A model generated the notes under the pieces. The model worked only from the letters and a program-made list of their open reading frames with translations. It made no database searches and was not told the DNA's origin. A DNA stretch of 64,000 bases from Amphiscolops sp. MND2022 (lineage: Eukaryota): positions 28,584,001-28,648,000 of the forward strand of contig OZ076409.1 of NCBI GenBank assembly GCA_964187785.1, given 5' to 3'. Made by a program: the position numbers and the translations under genes. Below are positions 62,188-64,000 of this stretch, in pieces; within the stretch, counting starts at the first letter, position 1; each line of letters begins with the position of its first letter.

Positions 62188-63661
62188 ATGAATTTGGTAG
62201 CGTTTGCGATTTCTGCTATTTTTGCACTACTTGTGGGTAAGTTGATGCTTCAAAGAAAGATCGAATCAAAAGATAAATAGGGTTCTGCCTTCAAAAACGA
62301 ATTCGGTTGCTTTTTATTGAACATATCAATGGTTACCAAAATACAGAGCCAAATAAACACCAAAGAGCTCACGTTTCCGACAATTATTAAGCATCATGTA
62401 TTAGCTTACTACCTTCATGTCTTCTACCATTTTGGCTCCTAACTTAGGTCTTAACTGTCGGTGTTGTTAGTCGGCGCATTTTGTAATACATGTGACCTAC
62501 TATTACAATGACTAGTCTAGTTTCTTCCGTCACGTGACAAAGTATCTGAATGGTTCACGTTTTACAGACTTTTCGCTCAAAGTTCTAAAGAATACCCAAA
62601 CAAGCCAAAGGTTCCCCGCTTTGATTATTTTACATTTTACCTGGGAATATAAAACCTATTAATGAGCAAGAGGATATATTTTGGGTTTTTCGGATACGTC
62701 TAGTCAAGAAAAAGCCTTTTTTGTATCCAACGGGTCCTCCTTGATTAGTTTTTGGCACGGTGAGGTTTTTGAAACGTTTCATAAGAGCCTTTTGACAATT
62801 AAAACTTCGCTTTTTGGACATTAAGCGGTACGCCTTGAGATGGTGTGTTGTTACAGTGGTGCAGGCTGACCCCACCACTCCCGTGTGGCCAAACCAGTTC
62901 ACGCAGAACTTCACAGATAGAACTCTGTGGCCCACTGGCCACTACAAGACACGAGGCACCTTCGTGTACGACTGGACCAACAAGAGGTACCGCATCGACA
63001 GAGACAACGGCCGATACGACAGATACTGTGGCACCAATGGGGTCTACTACCAGTTCCATAACACCCCTTGCTCACACATTGTAGTAGACGGAAACAGGTT
63101 TGTCCTAACACATACAAGAAAAACGATATAGCACTCGGTTTCCGCAATCAGCTCTCCATGACAATTTTTCAATTCAAAATAGATATTTGGGCAGAAGGAA
63201 AAACATTGCAAAAACGATGATATAGAAGCTCATCACTTAATCCAATAGTTACAAAAAGATCGAAAACGTCAATGTTGCTATACTCTAAATATAAGGCGAA
63301 AAGATCGGCCGGAAAACGAGTGTCCAGAATTTCCATCGGAAAGAACCAAATTTAAACGACTCTACCCGAAGCTTCAAAAAATTCACTGATTCGAGAGGCG
63401 GCGACCAATCAAACCGCAGTTGTTTCATCTCATATTTGGAACTAAAATTCAAGTGAAAAAGGTTTTATCAGAAATGTTTGATCCAGGTACCTGTATTATC
63501 CAGACGAAAATGACTGTTGCTACTGTTGCAACGCTGCCCAAGGTTGTGGAATCCTCAAGAACGACTGGATGAGTGGAGCCACATTCGAAGGGACTGAAAG
63601 CTATCAGCTGCAGAATGGAGCCACAGTCGACGCCTACAAGTGGAGAAAGGACGGATTGCAG
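62188..63661 (+). CDS. Secreted cysteine-rich protein, ependymin-related (LolA-fold)-like; exons 62188-62236, 62857-63097 and 63487-63661, 3' end beyond the window
   Basis: Signal peptide MNLVAFAISAIFALLVVVQA, then P.WPNQF, G.FVYDW.NKRYRID, TPC, RYLYYP..NDCC.CC....GCGIL..DW...A.F.G; GT-AG phases are consistent. Confidence 0.7.
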
Positions 63662-64000
63662 GTAAGAATTGACATCACGATTCTATTGAATCCACGAGGG
63701 AATACGGGGAGAACTTCAAAAAACAAATTGGTGATCACGCCCTGATCGAAGGATGGTGAATTTTGAAACGATAGAAGTGCAAATTAATCCTTTCCTTAAA
63801 AAATCTGTTATCACTCAATAACTTACACAATGTATCGTGTAAACTTTCGAAACAAAAAACACTAAATTCCTGCTAAAAATACCTCGATAGACACGATATA
63901 AAAAGCCAAGTGTAAGTGCAACTATTAAAACACTAAACCAAGTCGGAATGAATTCAAACTAGCAAATTTCTAGGAATGTTCACTGTTTCAGTCCAACTAC

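Overview
AT-rich, repeat-dense eukaryotic genomic DNA with spliceosomal introns, most likely from an invertebrate animal; the species cannot be determined from sequence alone. The main feature is a complete 13.7-kb endogenous Maverick/Polinton (2494-16242) with TIRs and a perfect 6-bp TSD (CACAGA). It encodes pPolB, a retroviral-type integrase, major and minor capsid proteins and an adenain-type protease. Unusually, it also has TWO tandem A32/FtsK-type packaging ATPases, one with a predicted membrane anchor and one with Zn-finger-like motifs. Nearly all its genes start within the poxvirus-late-like motif TAAATG. It also has a flipped terminal mini-hairpin in a duplicated right TIR and a short GC-rich motif repeated in-frame in two genes. 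Several genes are disrupted, so this copy is decaying or has homopolymer assembly errors. The rest of the window holds two paralogous class A GPCR genes, an intronless ITPK1-like gene, a KDM1A/LSD1 gene, a secreted ependymin-related-like gene, a Mag-like Gypsy element nested in a CR1/L2-like LINE, a degraded BEL/Pao element, several MITEs, Helentron-like repeats and three long palindromes. All calls come from reading motifs by eye; no database searches were run.
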